Source: a virus (Duplodnaviria; Caudoviricetes). Taken from it: a stretch of DNA of 37,915 bases. Made by a program: the position numbers and the translations under genes. Below the pieces are notes generated by a model. The model was not told where the DNA came from and searched no databases. It saw only the letters and a list, made by a program, of their open reading frames with translations. The stretch is from IMG/VR virus record IMGVR_UViG_3300048901_000076, positions 1 through 37,915 of that record; one strand, written 5' to 3'. Positions 25,753 through 35,478 of this stretch are shown here, piece after piece. The first letter of the stretch is position 1. Each line of letters starts with the position of its first letter.

Positions 25753-26499
25753 CTAGTTCACCGCGATTGAACCGATAGCAACTTCAGCAGAACCATTCCA
25801 GACTTTGTACGTCACTGCCACTTCAGCAGAGCCATTCCAAAGCGTTACGGTTGGGCCTACCGGCGGTGGATTGAACGGATCCCACCAAGTCCCGGTATCT
25901 CGCGCACGAACCGTGTCATAATTCCAATCTTTGGTGAGCGCAGTACTCGACTGCGGACCAAGAACCAATCTAGATATGGTCGCCGATGTAAATGTGAAGG
26001 TGCCCGACAAATCCGGCGTAGATCCGACAAGCGCCTCAGGGTTATAGAACAGTCGCCAGTTAATCGTCGTTCCGGTAACTTGCCAGTCGAATCGAAATTC
26101 AGAATTGTTTGGAATATCGCCAGAAGCACCGGTTCTTACAACCGTGCTAGTTCCAACTCGTATGTTCAATTCTCTAGCGGATCCAGCTCTGAGTGTCGCC
26201 ATGATATTGTTTGACGAATCCACCCAACTTAAGAAACTACAAAAGTTCCCAGAGCTTGTATGTGGCGTGATGTACTTCAAATATATCGATCCGAAGTGAT
26301 TACCGCTAACACCAAGGTCCACCCGGAATCGAGAGTCAGCAGTGTTAGTGGAAGTTCCAGCGTGAACTTGAGCCGCACCATGGAATCCAGTCGCAAACTT
26401 CGGAAGAAGTGTATCAACAGTGCTTTGAATTCCGTTCGAGCCAGCGGCTATGTTGTTACCCACTGTACCACCGTCGAAGGTGGTGGTTACAGAAGTCAT
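25753..26499 (-). CDS. Minor virion protein with a beta-sandwich (lectin-like) domain
   Basis: Ser/Thr/Gly-rich beta protein; C-terminal duplicated WNGSAEVA. Confidence 0.65.
   Translation of the reverse strand: MTSVTTTFDGGTVGNNIAAGSNGIQSTVDTLLPKFATGFHGAAQVHAGTSTNTADSRFRVDLGVSGNHFGSIYLKYITPHTSSGNFCSFLSWVDSSNNIMATLRAGSARELNIRVGTSTVVRTGASGDIPNNSEFRFDWQVTGTTINWRLFYNPEALVGSTPDLSGTFTFTSATISRLVLGPQSSTALTKDWNYDTVRARDTGTWWDPFNPPPVGPTVTLWNGSAEVAVTYKVWNGSAEVAIGSIAVN
25781..25839 (-). repeat. Two 39-bp-period repeats (WNGSAEVA)
   Basis: ACTTCAGCAGA(A/G)CCATTCCA at 25781 and 25820. Confidence 0.75.
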
Positions 26500-27212
26500 T
26501 ATGTTGTCCTAACGATAACCGTGCCTGCTGGAGTACCGGTCGGAATCGTGTCAGAAGGGCCGAGGACAAGAACATAGGCCATGTGAATTAATCCTGCAGC
26601 GATGACAGTAGTTCCATCTGCAAGAATACCCCACACATTGTTTCGATTGTCCTCGTTGTCCATGATTTGCTGAATCGGAACTGTCGAACTATGCGCAGTA
26701 TCTCCAGATGCCCTCTTCGTGAAGCCACGAAGTCCGGTAGTATTAGTCTTCGCTGGAATATAACGCGGTTCGAATCGCTCGTTCAGGGAGAAGACGCGAA
26801 TTGGGTTTCCACCACCGATGGTGTCATCCCAGAAACACGATACACGATCTTCCCAAGTCGTATCAGCATCGACACCGTCGGCAACGACAGTGAATCTTTC
26901 AATCCACTTGTCAGAACCACTGGCGTTGATGCTGATGTCCGCTTCTAGATTCGGACGAGCGTCATCAGCTTTAGTTCCTTGAGCCGGAGTTGCGAAAGCA
27001 CCACGAGAGCCATCAGCCAAAGCGTATTCAGTGTGATCGTCATCGCCAAGACCAACAAGTCCTCCGTGATCGTTGATAACACCGACGTTGATGACACTTC
27101 CATCATGAGTAGTGAAGACGAGCTCGCCACTTCCGTTGATGTCGGCGGTCTCAACTGCACCGGCGATAAGAGCGTTAACTGCGTCCTCGCTGAGGACGAC
27201 GACGGTAGCCAT
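26499..27212 (-). CDS. Minor virion (fibre-adaptor-like) protein
   Basis: ADINGSGELVFTTHDGSVINVG, HGGLVGLGDDDHTEY; ends TIPTGTPAGTVIVRTT. Confidence 0.65.
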   Translation of the reverse strand: MATVVVLSEDAVNALIAGAVETADINGSGELVFTTHDGSVINVGVINDHGGLVGLGDDDHTEYALADGSRGAFATPAQGTKADDARPNLEADISINASGSDKWIERFTVVADGVDADTTWEDRVSCFWDDTIGGGNPIRVFSLNERFEPRYIPAKTNTTGLRGFTKRASGDTAHSSTVPIQQIMDNEDNRNNVWGILADGTTVIAAGLIHMAYVLVLGPSDTIPTGTPAGTVIVRTT

Positions 27213-27227
27213 AACAAGCCTCCTCTA

Positions 27228-28019
27228 CTAACTAGTGATGGTCCAACTATCGGAATCGACAGGAGTAACGCCGTCTTGCGTGATTTGCCAAATGCCTGCG
27301 CCAACATCAAGCTCAGCAACTTCGAAACTTGACCCTGCGATGGAGAATCGGCCAGAACCTAGATCCGTGACTGTGAATTCAGCTACACCTTCAAATATAG
27401 CTGCAACTTCGTCAGGTGTAGGGAGACGAGGGTCCGCAAAATCTGTTCCGTAGAGAATATCTTCGAGTTGAGAGATTGCGAAGTCCGGAGCCGAAGTCGT
27501 ATCGATTACAAGATGTGCACTTCGCATCGCTCCTGGCATGGACACAGGTTTGACAGCGATAAGCCAACTGAGAAGCGATACGTCAGTGTTCTCTTTTAAC
27601 GTACCGTGCTTCCTATCAGCTACCGCAGCAAGTGCGTTGTAAACAATGTGAATCTTGTAACCGTGATCTGTCCCGTCGACGTCGTTACCTATTCTGGTTC
27701 GGTAACTGAAACCGAATGATTTACGACGTTGTTGTGTTGTATACAGACCGGGGTGAATTTCTTTAATTCCTTCGCACGCATCGAATTCTCGAGGGCTGTA
27801 GTACGCACTGATGGTCGCAGAAAACTCTTCGCGAGCGGAATACATCAAGTACATCACACCATCGAGATAGAACGATTTTGGATCGCCGCCCGAAGGAGTT
27901 TCATCGACCGAAGCGAGGCCACTCCAAGCAACTCCGGTATCGTCGACATACAGTACGCCTTTTGAAACACCAGCTTCGTAGAAACGAGTCCCAAAACCAT
28001 CCCATAACAGCTTGGTCAT
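27228..28019 (-). CDS. Major tail protein paralogue 2
   Basis: MTKLLWD...RFYEAGVSKGVLY...AWSGL...GYKIHIVYNALAA aligns with 28599..29474; SD AAAGGAGG before ATG 28019. Confidence 0.85.
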   Translation of the reverse strand: MTKLLWDGFGTRFYEAGVSKGVLYVDDTGVAWSGLASVDETPSGGDPKSFYLDGVMYLMYSAREEFSATISAYYSPREFDACEGIKEIHPGLYTTQQRRKSFGFSYRTRIGNDVDGTDHGYKIHIVYNALAAVADRKHGTLKENTDVSLLSWLIAVKPVSMPGAMRSAHLVIDTTSAPDFAISQLEDILYGTDFADPRLPTPDEVAAIFEGVAEFTVTDLGSGRFSIAGSSFEVAELDVGAGIWQITQDGVTPVDSDSWTITS

Positions 28020-28032
28020 GTTAAACCTCCTT

Positions 28033-28575
28033 TCAGCCACTCGTTCCCAGTGCGGCACGTCGTTCGGCGTTCAAACGTCGCCTATCTGCCGCTGCTTCTG
28101 CTTTCGTCATCTTCTTAGGTGGGGCATTCTTAACGTTGCAGACTTTGATCAATGTGAGCAATCTATTAAGATGCCAATCCTGACATTCGAATGGAATATT
28201 CAGAGCAATCATCCAGTAGTAAATCAATTCTGCTGTGATGACTTCTCTATTCACGCTTCGAACTTCTTGATCACTAAACCACGTTGCGGTCATCTTCGCG
28301 TTGACATACTCGTCAATCGCTTGAACGTTCGCAACAGAGAGTTTATGGAAAACTTCCGGAGGAACATTCTGGGTCATCGTCATGGCACGGATGTACCAGA
28401 GCTTTTCTTCAGAAGTCTTGTCGTCTCCACTCAAGAAAGGTTTCTCAAATTTCGACTCCCATTTTGACAGTGAGACCAGAGAATGCTCTAGCTCCAAGAC
28501 GTACACCTCTGAGTCGACGAACTCTTCGCGGCTTTCGTCGAATCCTTCGGCTATCGGAACATGTATCGTGAGCAT
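28033..28575 (-). CDS. Tail assembly chaperone
   Basis: Follows the major tail gene; [16 protein letters not shown]...[33 protein letters not shown]. Confidence 0.65.
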   Translation of the reverse strand: MLTIHVPIAEGFDESREEFVDSEVYVLELEHSLVSLSKWESKFEKPFLSGDDKTSEEKLWYIRAMTMTQNVPPEVFHKLSVANVQAIDEYVNAKMTATWFSDQEVRSVNREVITAELIYYWMIALNIPFECQDWHLNRLLTLIKVCNVKNAPPKKMTKAEAAADRRRLNAERRAALGTSG

Positions 28576-28598
28576 TCTCTGGTCTCCCGTCACTAAAA

Positions 28599-29474
28599 TT
28601 ACGAGAAGTCGGCGAAGAAATCGTCGACGAAGGGGATGTTGAATGCGTAACCGGTCGCCGGACGCATGTGCACGACAGTGTCCTCGGTGATGACGACGGG
28701 TCCAGCAACCTTGTCGACGCCATTGATCGAGTAGATGATTCCCGCGTGCGTCGGGATAGTGATGGTGTGAGTCCCGTTGTCGTACGTCGGCGGGATCACC
28801 GTGACCATCGTGATCGTGCCCGCGAACAGAGCCAGAACGTCATCCGGCAACGGAAGTGACGGATCCGAACCGACCGTGCCGTAGAGCGTGTCTAGAAGCG
28901 TGGCCAGTGCGTCAGCGTCGACCAGCGTTGAGTCGATCACGAGCTCCGACGTGGGCTTGTAACCCGTCACCGCGATCGGTGTGGTAGAGATCGCCCACGA
29001 GAACGCGATGGGTGCCGGAGAGTCGTTGATCGTGCTGTACGCCTTCTCGGAGGGAGCTGCGAGGGCGTTGTAAATCAGGTGAAGCTTGTAGCCCTTCTCC
29101 GTCCCTTCGAGATCGTTGCCCTTGCGCGTGCGGAAGCAGAGCCCAAACGGCTTCCTCGGCTGCTGACCGATGGAGACACCAGGTTCCGGCTGAGAAGTTC
29201 CGTCGCACTCAGCGAACTGATCCGGGTAGGTGTACGCCTCGACCGTACCGCCGAACTGCTCGATGGAAAGCAGGTTCAGGTACATGATGTTGTCGGCGTA
29301 CTGCTTGTTCGACTCCGCTCCCGAAGGAGATTCCGTGACGGTGGTCAGACCGTTCCACGCGAAGCCCGAATCGTACTGGCCGGACGTCTGGTTCAGGAGG
29401 TACAGAACGCCCTGGTCGACACCGGTTTCGAAGAACCGGTCACCAGATGCATCCCAAATCAGCTTGGTCATCAT
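28599..29474 (-). CDS. Major tail protein with C-terminal Ig-like domain
   Basis: [19 protein letters not shown]...[16 protein letters not shown]...YADNIMY; strongly C/G3-biased codons. Confidence 0.88.
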   Translation of the reverse strand: MMTKLIWDASGDRFFETGVDQGVLYLLNQTSGQYDSGFAWNGLTTVTESPSGAESNKQYADNIMYLNLLSIEQFGGTVEAYTYPDQFAECDGTSQPEPGVSIGQQPRKPFGLCFRTRKGNDLEGTEKGYKLHLIYNALAAPSEKAYSTINDSPAPIAFSWAISTTPIAVTGYKPTSELVIDSTLVDADALATLLDTLYGTVGSDPSLPLPDDVLALFAGTITMVTVIPPTYDNGTHTITIPTHAGIIYSINGVDKVAGPVVITEDTVVHMRPATGYAFNIPFVDDFFADFS

Positions 29475-29480
29475 TTCCTC

Positions 29481-29786
29481 TCAGTGATAGATGTAGAAGA
29501 CGTCGTGGTTGAGGTTGTCTGCCACGAAGAACCTTTGATATAGGGTCATGGGCAGAGCTGCGATCGTATCTCGAACCGGATTGTCGGGATTCCGATCGAT
29601 GAGAGTCACCTGGTAACGCAAGCAGTCGTGATACGGCTTGTTGTTAGCGAAATTTGTATCCGCATTGTTTCTCATGTAGACGATACACGGATACTGCATC
29701 ACCAGACTGGCCGGCGGCTGGAAATATACATTGTCTGAGCCTAGAGCTTCTTCTAGTATCGTCTGAAGCTCAAGCCGTAGGGCCAT
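29481..29786 (-). CDS. Tail terminator / head-tail joining protein
   Basis: NVYFQPP...MQYPCIVY...YQVTLIDRNPD; synteny. Confidence 0.75.
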   Translation of the reverse strand: MALRLELQTILEEALGSDNVYFQPPASLVMQYPCIVYMRNNADTNFANNKPYHDCLRYQVTLIDRNPDNPVRDTIAALPMTLYQRFFVADNLNHDVFYIYH

Positions 29787-30090
29787 TGTATACTCCTCCC
29801 AGTCGCAACAGTAGGCGGGGGCGATTTACTTCAACGGTGCTAACCGTCCACTTCGCCCCCGCCCAACTGACGTACCGAATGGCAAAGAAATTCTCGCTAG
29901 CATAAGCGTCTGCGACAATGCTGATGGAGTTTTGGACTGTCAGATCGCTGTTAACTTTCTGATCGTCCTGTTCCTGGCGCGTGTTCCGAATAACATCGCC
30001 GTAATAATTCTTCTCGGTGATGGTATCTTCCCAAACGCCAGGAGCAGTCTCCGTCGGCACACCGTATCCGATGCTGCCGAAGAATCTCAT
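29770..30090 (-). CDS. Head closure (stopper) protein
   Basis: ETAPGVWE...YYGDVIR...ISIVADAYA...KWTVSTVEV; synteny. Confidence 0.7.
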   Translation of the reverse strand: MRFFGSIGYGVPTETAPGVWEDTITEKNYYGDVIRNTRQEQDDQKVNSDLTVQNSISIVADAYASENFFAIRYVSWAGAKWTVSTVEVNRPRLLLRLGGVYNGPTA

Positions 30091-30105
30091 GCCGATGACT
30101 CCCTA

Positions 30106-32127
30106 CTACGCCTCGGTGACGAACGTCCAGTCGACCGGGCCATTCTCGAAGTAGTAGCCGGAGGCCGGAGTTGCCTCGACCGTCCACGGAGTGCCCACCG
30201 CAACGGTGTAGGGACTGCCCGCCGCGTTGATCGTGGTGGCGCCGTGCTTGTAGACCACGCCGGTCTGGTTGGTGATCGTCAGAGCACCAGTCACCTCGTC
30301 GAAGGCCGGCATCGCCGGAACCACGAGAACGTTCGTACCGGTCGTCTTCTTCACAACCACTGCAGACTTGATCTTCGTCAGACCACCCGAAACTCGGGTC
30401 TCGATCAGGTACTTCAGCTGGTTGAAGTCGATGTCGAAGAAGTCAAACATGTTGACTTCGCCACCGCGATCCGCGCCGATGTTGTAGTCGACGAGGTTGA
30501 CGATGATACCGAGCGTGCCGTCGGTCAGTCGCTCGATCGTTTCGACGGTGACGATCTCCTTCACCATCATCTCGGCAGCCAGTTCCGCCGAGGTGCGCCA
30601 CATCCGACGACCGAAGCCGTCCTTCGTGAGGAGCATCGCGGTCAGCGTCGGCAGAGTGGTGTAGAAGGTCGGAGTGCCAGTACCCTTGTAGTAGCGCATG
30701 GCCCGAACGATTCCGTCGACGACCTCAACATAGCTTGAAGAGGCGTCGTCGATGTTCACATACTCCGTAGTGACGTAGAGTTCATGATCGTTGAGGATCG
30801 AACGGATACCCGCGCCATCAGTGGCGCCGGCCGGGTCCTTGATCTTGTCCTCGTCGTCCACGGCACGACCATCACTGATGAGGATCGCGGTTGCCAGCTC
30901 CTCCCGAAGCATGACCCGCATCTCTTCCTTCATCCAGCTCACCACGTCGAAGTCCGTGATGTCGATGACGTCGTCCCGGTCGAGCTTCTGCTTCTTGTAG
31001 ACGGTGGTCGGAGTGGTCGACCGACGAGAAACGCTGAAGAACTCCTCCTTCTTCAGGTTCCCCTTGATGTAGCCCTTCGCACGGGCCTCATCGAGGGTGA
31101 TGTCGGCCACCAGCGTCTTGACTCGAGAGAACGGAGTCTTGCTGGTTGCGTTGAGGACGCCGTCCACCCACTCCATGCGGCGAGCGAGGAACTGTGGAGT
31201 CCCGCCGGTGTTCTTGAGCTCCGGGAACAGGGTCTCGATGCTGTCGATGCCGTGCGCCAGGGCGTAGTCCTGGACAGCGCTCTTCAGCGTGTTGCCCTGC
31301 TTCTTGGCTTCGGAGAAGATGGCCTGGATGTCGGCGTGGGAGAGAACAGTCTTCTGGTCGGTCCCGTCGGCGTCGCCAGAGCCATTCTCGAAGACGTTTC
31401 GCTTCGTCACTTCGGTAGATCCTTCCTTGTGTTCGAGGTCGCCCTCGGTGGTGGCGTCGTTGGCGTTGCCGTTACCGGCTTCTCCTGACTTCGTGTCGTC
31501 CTCCTCGGCGGGCTTCTCGCCATCCGAATGAGTTACGGCGGCAGCCTGGGCTTCGAGAGCCTGGGCAACCATGTAATGGAGGCAGTCCTTCTGCTCCGGA
31601 TCCATCGAGTCGTAGACGTCCTGGAGCGTGCCGTGCATGTCGTTCCCCTGCGGGCCTGGCATGTTTTCGAGAGGAAGGCCGGTGTGGATGATGGCCTCAT
31701 CTTCGAGCTGTTCGATTTCTCCGCCGTCATGTTGCACGGCGACGAAGTCGATAAGAGCGCCAGGATTGGCGCCAGCGAGAACCAGACTGACTTCTTTGAT
31801 CATGCCATGTAGAACCTGCTTGGACTTCTCCAGCAGTTGATTGGCGTAGATCGAAAGCGCAGTCAGATCCTTGTGGGCGACAGCGATCTTCGCATTCTGG
31901 CCGGCCTTCGTTTCGTTGAAGTAGCCGTATGCGTAGACGCCGTCGGAGCGAGCTTCGAGAAGTGCGTGGCCCAGCAGGTTTTCTACTGAATTGTGACCGT
32001 GCTGCCAGACCAGTGGAACCAATTTGCCGTCCATGTGCTTGAACGCGTCGGGCGTAATGGTCCTACCGTCGGAGCACTTGAGCCCAGCCTTCGTGGCGTA
32101 TCCGCTGAAATCAGCTTCAGCTCCCAT
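30106..32127 (-). CDS. Fused prohead protease - scaffold - major capsid protein (HK97 fold) with C-terminal Ig-like domain
   Basis: Protease motifs PLVWQH, LSIYA, EVSLVLAGANPGA; acidic linker; capsid region ending FFDIDFNQLKYLIETRVSG. Confidence 0.9.
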   Translation of the reverse strand: MGAEADFSGYATKAGLKCSDGRTITPDAFKHMDGKLVPLVWQHGHNSVENLLGHALLEARSDGVYAYGYFNETKAGQNAKIAVAHKDLTALSIYANQLLEKSKQVLHGMIKEVSLVLAGANPGALIDFVAVQHDGGEIEQLEDEAIIHTGLPLENMPGPQGNDMHGTLQDVYDSMDPEQKDCLHYMVAQALEAQAAAVTHSDGEKPAEEDDTKSGEAGNGNANDATTEGDLEHKEGSTEVTKRNVFENGSGDADGTDQKTVLSHADIQAIFSEAKKQGNTLKSAVQDYALAHGIDSIETLFPELKNTGGTPQFLARRMEWVDGVLNATSKTPFSRVKTLVADITLDEARAKGYIKGNLKKEEFFSVSRRSTTPTTVYKKQKLDRDDVIDITDFDVVSWMKEEMRVMLREELATAILISDGRAVDDEDKIKDPAGATDGAGIRSILNDHELYVTTEYVNIDDASSSYVEVVDGIVRAMRYYKGTGTPTFYTTLPTLTAMLLTKDGFGRRMWRTSAELAAEMMVKEIVTVETIERLTDGTLGIIVNLVDYNIGADRGGEVNMFDFFDIDFNQLKYLIETRVSGGLTKIKSAVVVKKTTGTNVLVVPAMPAFDEVTGALTITNQTGVVYKHGATTINAAGSPYTVAVGTPWTVEATPASGYYFENGPVDWTFVTEA

Positions 32128-33388
32128 TTTGACTGTTCCCTCCGTTCCCCTTGACTAGTTGTAACTGAGTTGGCCCCGACGGTGCCGGGTTGTCTTGCGG
32201 TGGCGGTGGCATGCTTGGATTCTGCAGTTTGTTAGCCACTGGATCTGTAGATGGGATCCAACCGATAGCTGATCGAATGTCGTTCGGGGCAGCGATCTGT
32301 CCGCGAATGAAGACATCTGCAACTTTCGCCAGAACCTCCATTGGAACAAGCTTGAACGGATCACGGAAGTAGGAAACGCGTTGTCTCTGAGTTCGAGCGG
32401 TCTTGGTTAGGAACGTTCGCGTCATTGCTTCCGTGATAGCTTCAACCAACGGCTCGATAGTACGGTTGAAATAGTTCAACATGGTCTTGTCATCAGCCGT
32501 GCCGTTCATGACATCTTCCGTAAGCCCTAGTTGGTTGTAGAGCAAAGATGTCAAATACTGAACTTGAGCTAAGAGGTTGTTCTCAGCCGGTCGATTCAGT
32601 TGTGTGATCTTCTCTGTCGCGTCGGTATAGGCAATGCCATACTGACTGTCTTTCAATTGGAATTGAATGTCAGCACGACGTTGTTTGGCTTGATCGCGAC
32701 GAGCTTCAGACTTGATCACGTATGGTAATTGGATGATTAGATCAAGTTTACCAGAACTGGATTGCTCATCGACAACATCCAGAAGGTTCAACTTCCGAAT
32801 CAGACGCTGGAGAGTGGTGATTCTCTCGTTCATTACCGCATAGAGAGGATTTTCCACAATCGCAACAAGACTTTTCGGAAGCGTGATGTCTTGACGCATC
32901 CCACGAACTTCATTGTACACCCGAACACGTACGTGATATGGGAACCACGCAACAACTTCGCCAACGCGCATCGTTTGGATGTCATATGCGCCAGTCGCTG
33001 CTGGATCAGCAGTAGTATCGACTGGAACTATGGCTGCAACGCCTTTGTCCAACATCGTCATTACGATGTCTTGGCGGAAAGCGCGGGCACCTTGATCTAT
33101 GTTCGCTTCGATAGTAAGACAGTTGTTCAATCCACTATCAATCGTTCCTGTGTACCGACCTTGCTCGTCAACACGAACATGTTTCATGTCTAGACCAGCG
33201 CAGTCCATACCCAATCTTGTAAATATCGATGAAATGATCGATTGTTCATTAGAGAAGGTTAGACGGGTTCTGTCAATCCGTCCACCATAACTCACCATGC
33301 CGCCAGCGACAGTCGGAGGTTCCTTACTGGATTCCTTATTGGTAAAAGCATTCCACGCATGTGCCAAACGTGAAATGAATGATGCCAT
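32117..33388 (-). CDS. Portal protein
   Basis: 423 aa between terminase and capsid; ends APNDIRSAIGWIP. Confidence 0.88.
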   Translation of the reverse strand: MASFISRLAHAWNAFTNKESSKEPPTVAGGMVSYGGRIDRTRLTFSNEQSIISSIFTRLGMDCAGLDMKHVRVDEQGRYTGTIDSGLNNCLTIEANIDQGARAFRQDIVMTMLDKGVAAIVPVDTTADPAATGAYDIQTMRVGEVVAWFPYHVRVRVYNEVRGMRQDITLPKSLVAIVENPLYAVMNERITTLQRLIRKLNLLDVVDEQSSSGKLDLIIQLPYVIKSEARRDQAKQRRADIQFQLKDSQYGIAYTDATEKITQLNRPAENNLLAQVQYLTSLLYNQLGLTEDVMNGTADDKTMLNYFNRTIEPLVEAITEAMTRTFLTKTARTQRQRVSYFRDPFKLVPMEVLAKVADVFIRGQIAAPNDIRSAIGWIPSTDPVANKLQNPSMPPPPQDNPAPSGPTQLQLVKGNGGNSQNGS

Positions 33389-33405
33389 GAGTCACCTCCT
33401 TCTGG

Positions 33406-35151
33406 CTACTCAAAGGCTTCTTTGTTGGCCTTGTAAGCAACGAACGCATCCAACAGAGCGGCCACATTGTCGATTTTCTCTTCTTGCCTCTTCTTCAACA
33501 GCTTTCGGTTGCCGTTTGTGTCTTCCAAGGTAATCGAGTTACCCATGGCAAATTGCATAAGAAGCTGATCGAAGATGAGTAGACGTTCTTCGCTGAGTTT
33601 CTTCAATTCACCAAGTGGAACCGACTCGGTTCGGGCACCTTGAATGACTTTCTCGATTCCGAAAGGTCCGTTCTCAGCTTCCCATCGTGCAACAAACTCC
33701 TTGGCGTTGTACGGGTCGAAGCCTAGAGCTCGAACATCGTACTCTTCCGATTGGATGAACGCATCGAGATCATCATACACATCCATCATGTCCAGAATCG
33801 TTCCTGGAAGGACGTGAAGACTACCCTCGTTAATAAACTCGTCGTACTTCGATCGCATAGCACCAGGGAGCTTCATCAAAGTTAGTTCAGTGATGTAGCT
33901 CCGAGTTTTTATACCGAAGCCGCCACGGGACAATGGGAATAAGAACGTGAATGCACAGAAGTCATCTCCTTGCGAGAGATCGGCGCCCATAGCACAGGGC
34001 ATCTTCCAGAACTTCCGTGCGCGATGCGGGAGAGTTTCTTCGTATGTGAAGAAATACGTGTAACCCTCCATTGGAATGCCGAAACGCTTGGCAAGAATAT
34101 CATTTCTTGAAGCTGGAGCTTTCTCTGCTCGCTCGACATCGAGTTGATAGGTTTCATACGTAACCGTTTTGCCCAGATTTGGGTTTGCTTTCAACCACAT
34201 CGCAGGATCGCCGACTTCTTGTATCTCATCCAGCTTGTAATGCCAGATAGAGACATGGGGCGCATAATACTCGCCTTTGAGAATGTCCGCCAACTCCATT
34301 TTGATTGTGTCACCGGAGCCGTTACGTACAGTGCCCTCGGAACTGATAGCGACGATTAGATAATCATCCAACTTCGATGCACCTTGTTCAATTGCGCCGA
34401 CTACATCTTCTCGAATATCGCCAGAAAGCCACTCATCGACTGTTGATACTTTCGGTCGAAGACCCTGAAGTTTGTTGATCGCCATCGGACGAACCTCAAG
34501 AAGAGATCCAGTCAGAAAGTTCTCAACGCCCTTCTTAGTCGAAGCCAACTTCACACGAGTCGCCCTAGAACCAGTCGTGTTTTGTAACGAACCTTCAGTT
34601 AAGAATTTGAACAGAGGTCCACGGCTTCGCGTTACGGCAGTTCTGAACGGCGACATAACTTCGTCGGCTTGTTTCATTGTCGGCGCTGTTGTGATCTGGT
34701 GAGTCGTTGCCGTGTCGACATTTAGGAAATATGCCTGAATGCATTCCGCGTACATCGACTTAGCAGCACCTCGAGCAACGATCAAATATTGTTTAGTAGT
34801 CAACCTTTTCTTGATTACCTTCGTGACGTATCGACCGCCACGATTGTCTTCTCCAGGTTCGTAAACACTTCTTTCAACAAAGTAATACCACCCGAAGATC
34901 TGTTCAGCCCACACCTTGAACGACGGAAGCAAATGAAGATCACTACCATCCGTGAGAGTTAATTCGTTCTCGCAATAAAGTATGAAACCTTCAACAGCCT
35001 TGTCGTCGTAATAGATGTTTGGGTTGGCGATGAGCGCGTCGACACGATTCATCTCCATGGTGATTTCCCGGTTGACTGGGATTTCGCCACGAAGTACTGC
35101 AGCGCGGAACTCGCCGTAATAGATCGGCGTCGCAGTGTTCGACAAACTCAT
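33406..35151 (-). CDS. terL: Terminase large subunit
   Basis: Walker A-like VARGAAKS, Walker B STVDEW, nuclease motifs GADLSQGDD and KIDNVAALLDA. Confidence 0.93.
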   Translation of the reverse strand: MSLSNTATPIYYGEFRAAVLRGEIPVNREITMEMNRVDALIANPNIYYDDKAVEGFILYCENELTLTDGSDLHLLPSFKVWAEQIFGWYYFVERSVYEPGEDNRGGRYVTKVIKKRLTTKQYLIVARGAAKSMYAECIQAYFLNVDTATTHQITTAPTMKQADEVMSPFRTAVTRSRGPLFKFLTEGSLQNTTGSRATRVKLASTKKGVENFLTGSLLEVRPMAINKLQGLRPKVSTVDEWLSGDIREDVVGAIEQGASKLDDYLIVAISSEGTVRNGSGDTIKMELADILKGEYYAPHVSIWHYKLDEIQEVGDPAMWLKANPNLGKTVTYETYQLDVERAEKAPASRNDILAKRFGIPMEGYTYFFTYEETLPHRARKFWKMPCAMGADLSQGDDFCAFTFLFPLSRGGFGIKTRSYITELTLMKLPGAMRSKYDEFINEGSLHVLPGTILDMMDVYDDLDAFIQSEEYDVRALGFDPYNAKEFVARWEAENGPFGIEKVIQGARTESVPLGELKKLSEERLLIFDQLLMQFAMGNSITLEDTNGNRKLLKKRQEEKIDNVAALLDAFVAYKANKEAFE

Positions 35152-35169
35152 CGCTACCCTCCCGTCGAC

Positions 35170-35451
35170 TTACGCGTAGAACCACTGCCAGGTCGGAGCG
35201 ACGCTGTAGGTGATGGCGATGGTACTTCCATTGCGAACACGGAACGCACCACTGGTACGAGCACCGACAGTGACGTTGTCGACCTTGACGACGGTCACCG
35301 TGCCGGCTGCGATCTCGACGATCATGGTGTGACCGGAGGTGTTCGTGGCCGCCACGGTTGAAGCCGGAACAGCAGGCTTACCAGTCCAGTCACCACGCGG
35401 TAGATCACCATCCTGGACATTCTGGAGAGTCTGGAGCTGTGCAACATCCAT
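35170..35451 (-). CDS. Small beta-rich protein, possibly a virion component
   Basis: 93 aa, Thr/Val/Ala-rich; SD GAAAGG. Confidence 0.7.
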   Translation of the reverse strand: MDVAQLQTLQNVQDGDLPRGDWTGKPAVPASTVAATNTSGHTMIVEIAAGTVTVVKVDNVTVGARTSGAFRVRNGSTIAITYSVAPTWQWFYA

Positions 35452-35478
35452 CTTCGTTTACTACCTTTCTTGTGTTGG

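Noticed and set aside
28033-28593. Programmed frameshift in the tail assembly chaperone
   Set aside because: It is a single continuous ORF, and the next gene has its own SD and is a tail-tube paralogue; no convincing slippery site seen.
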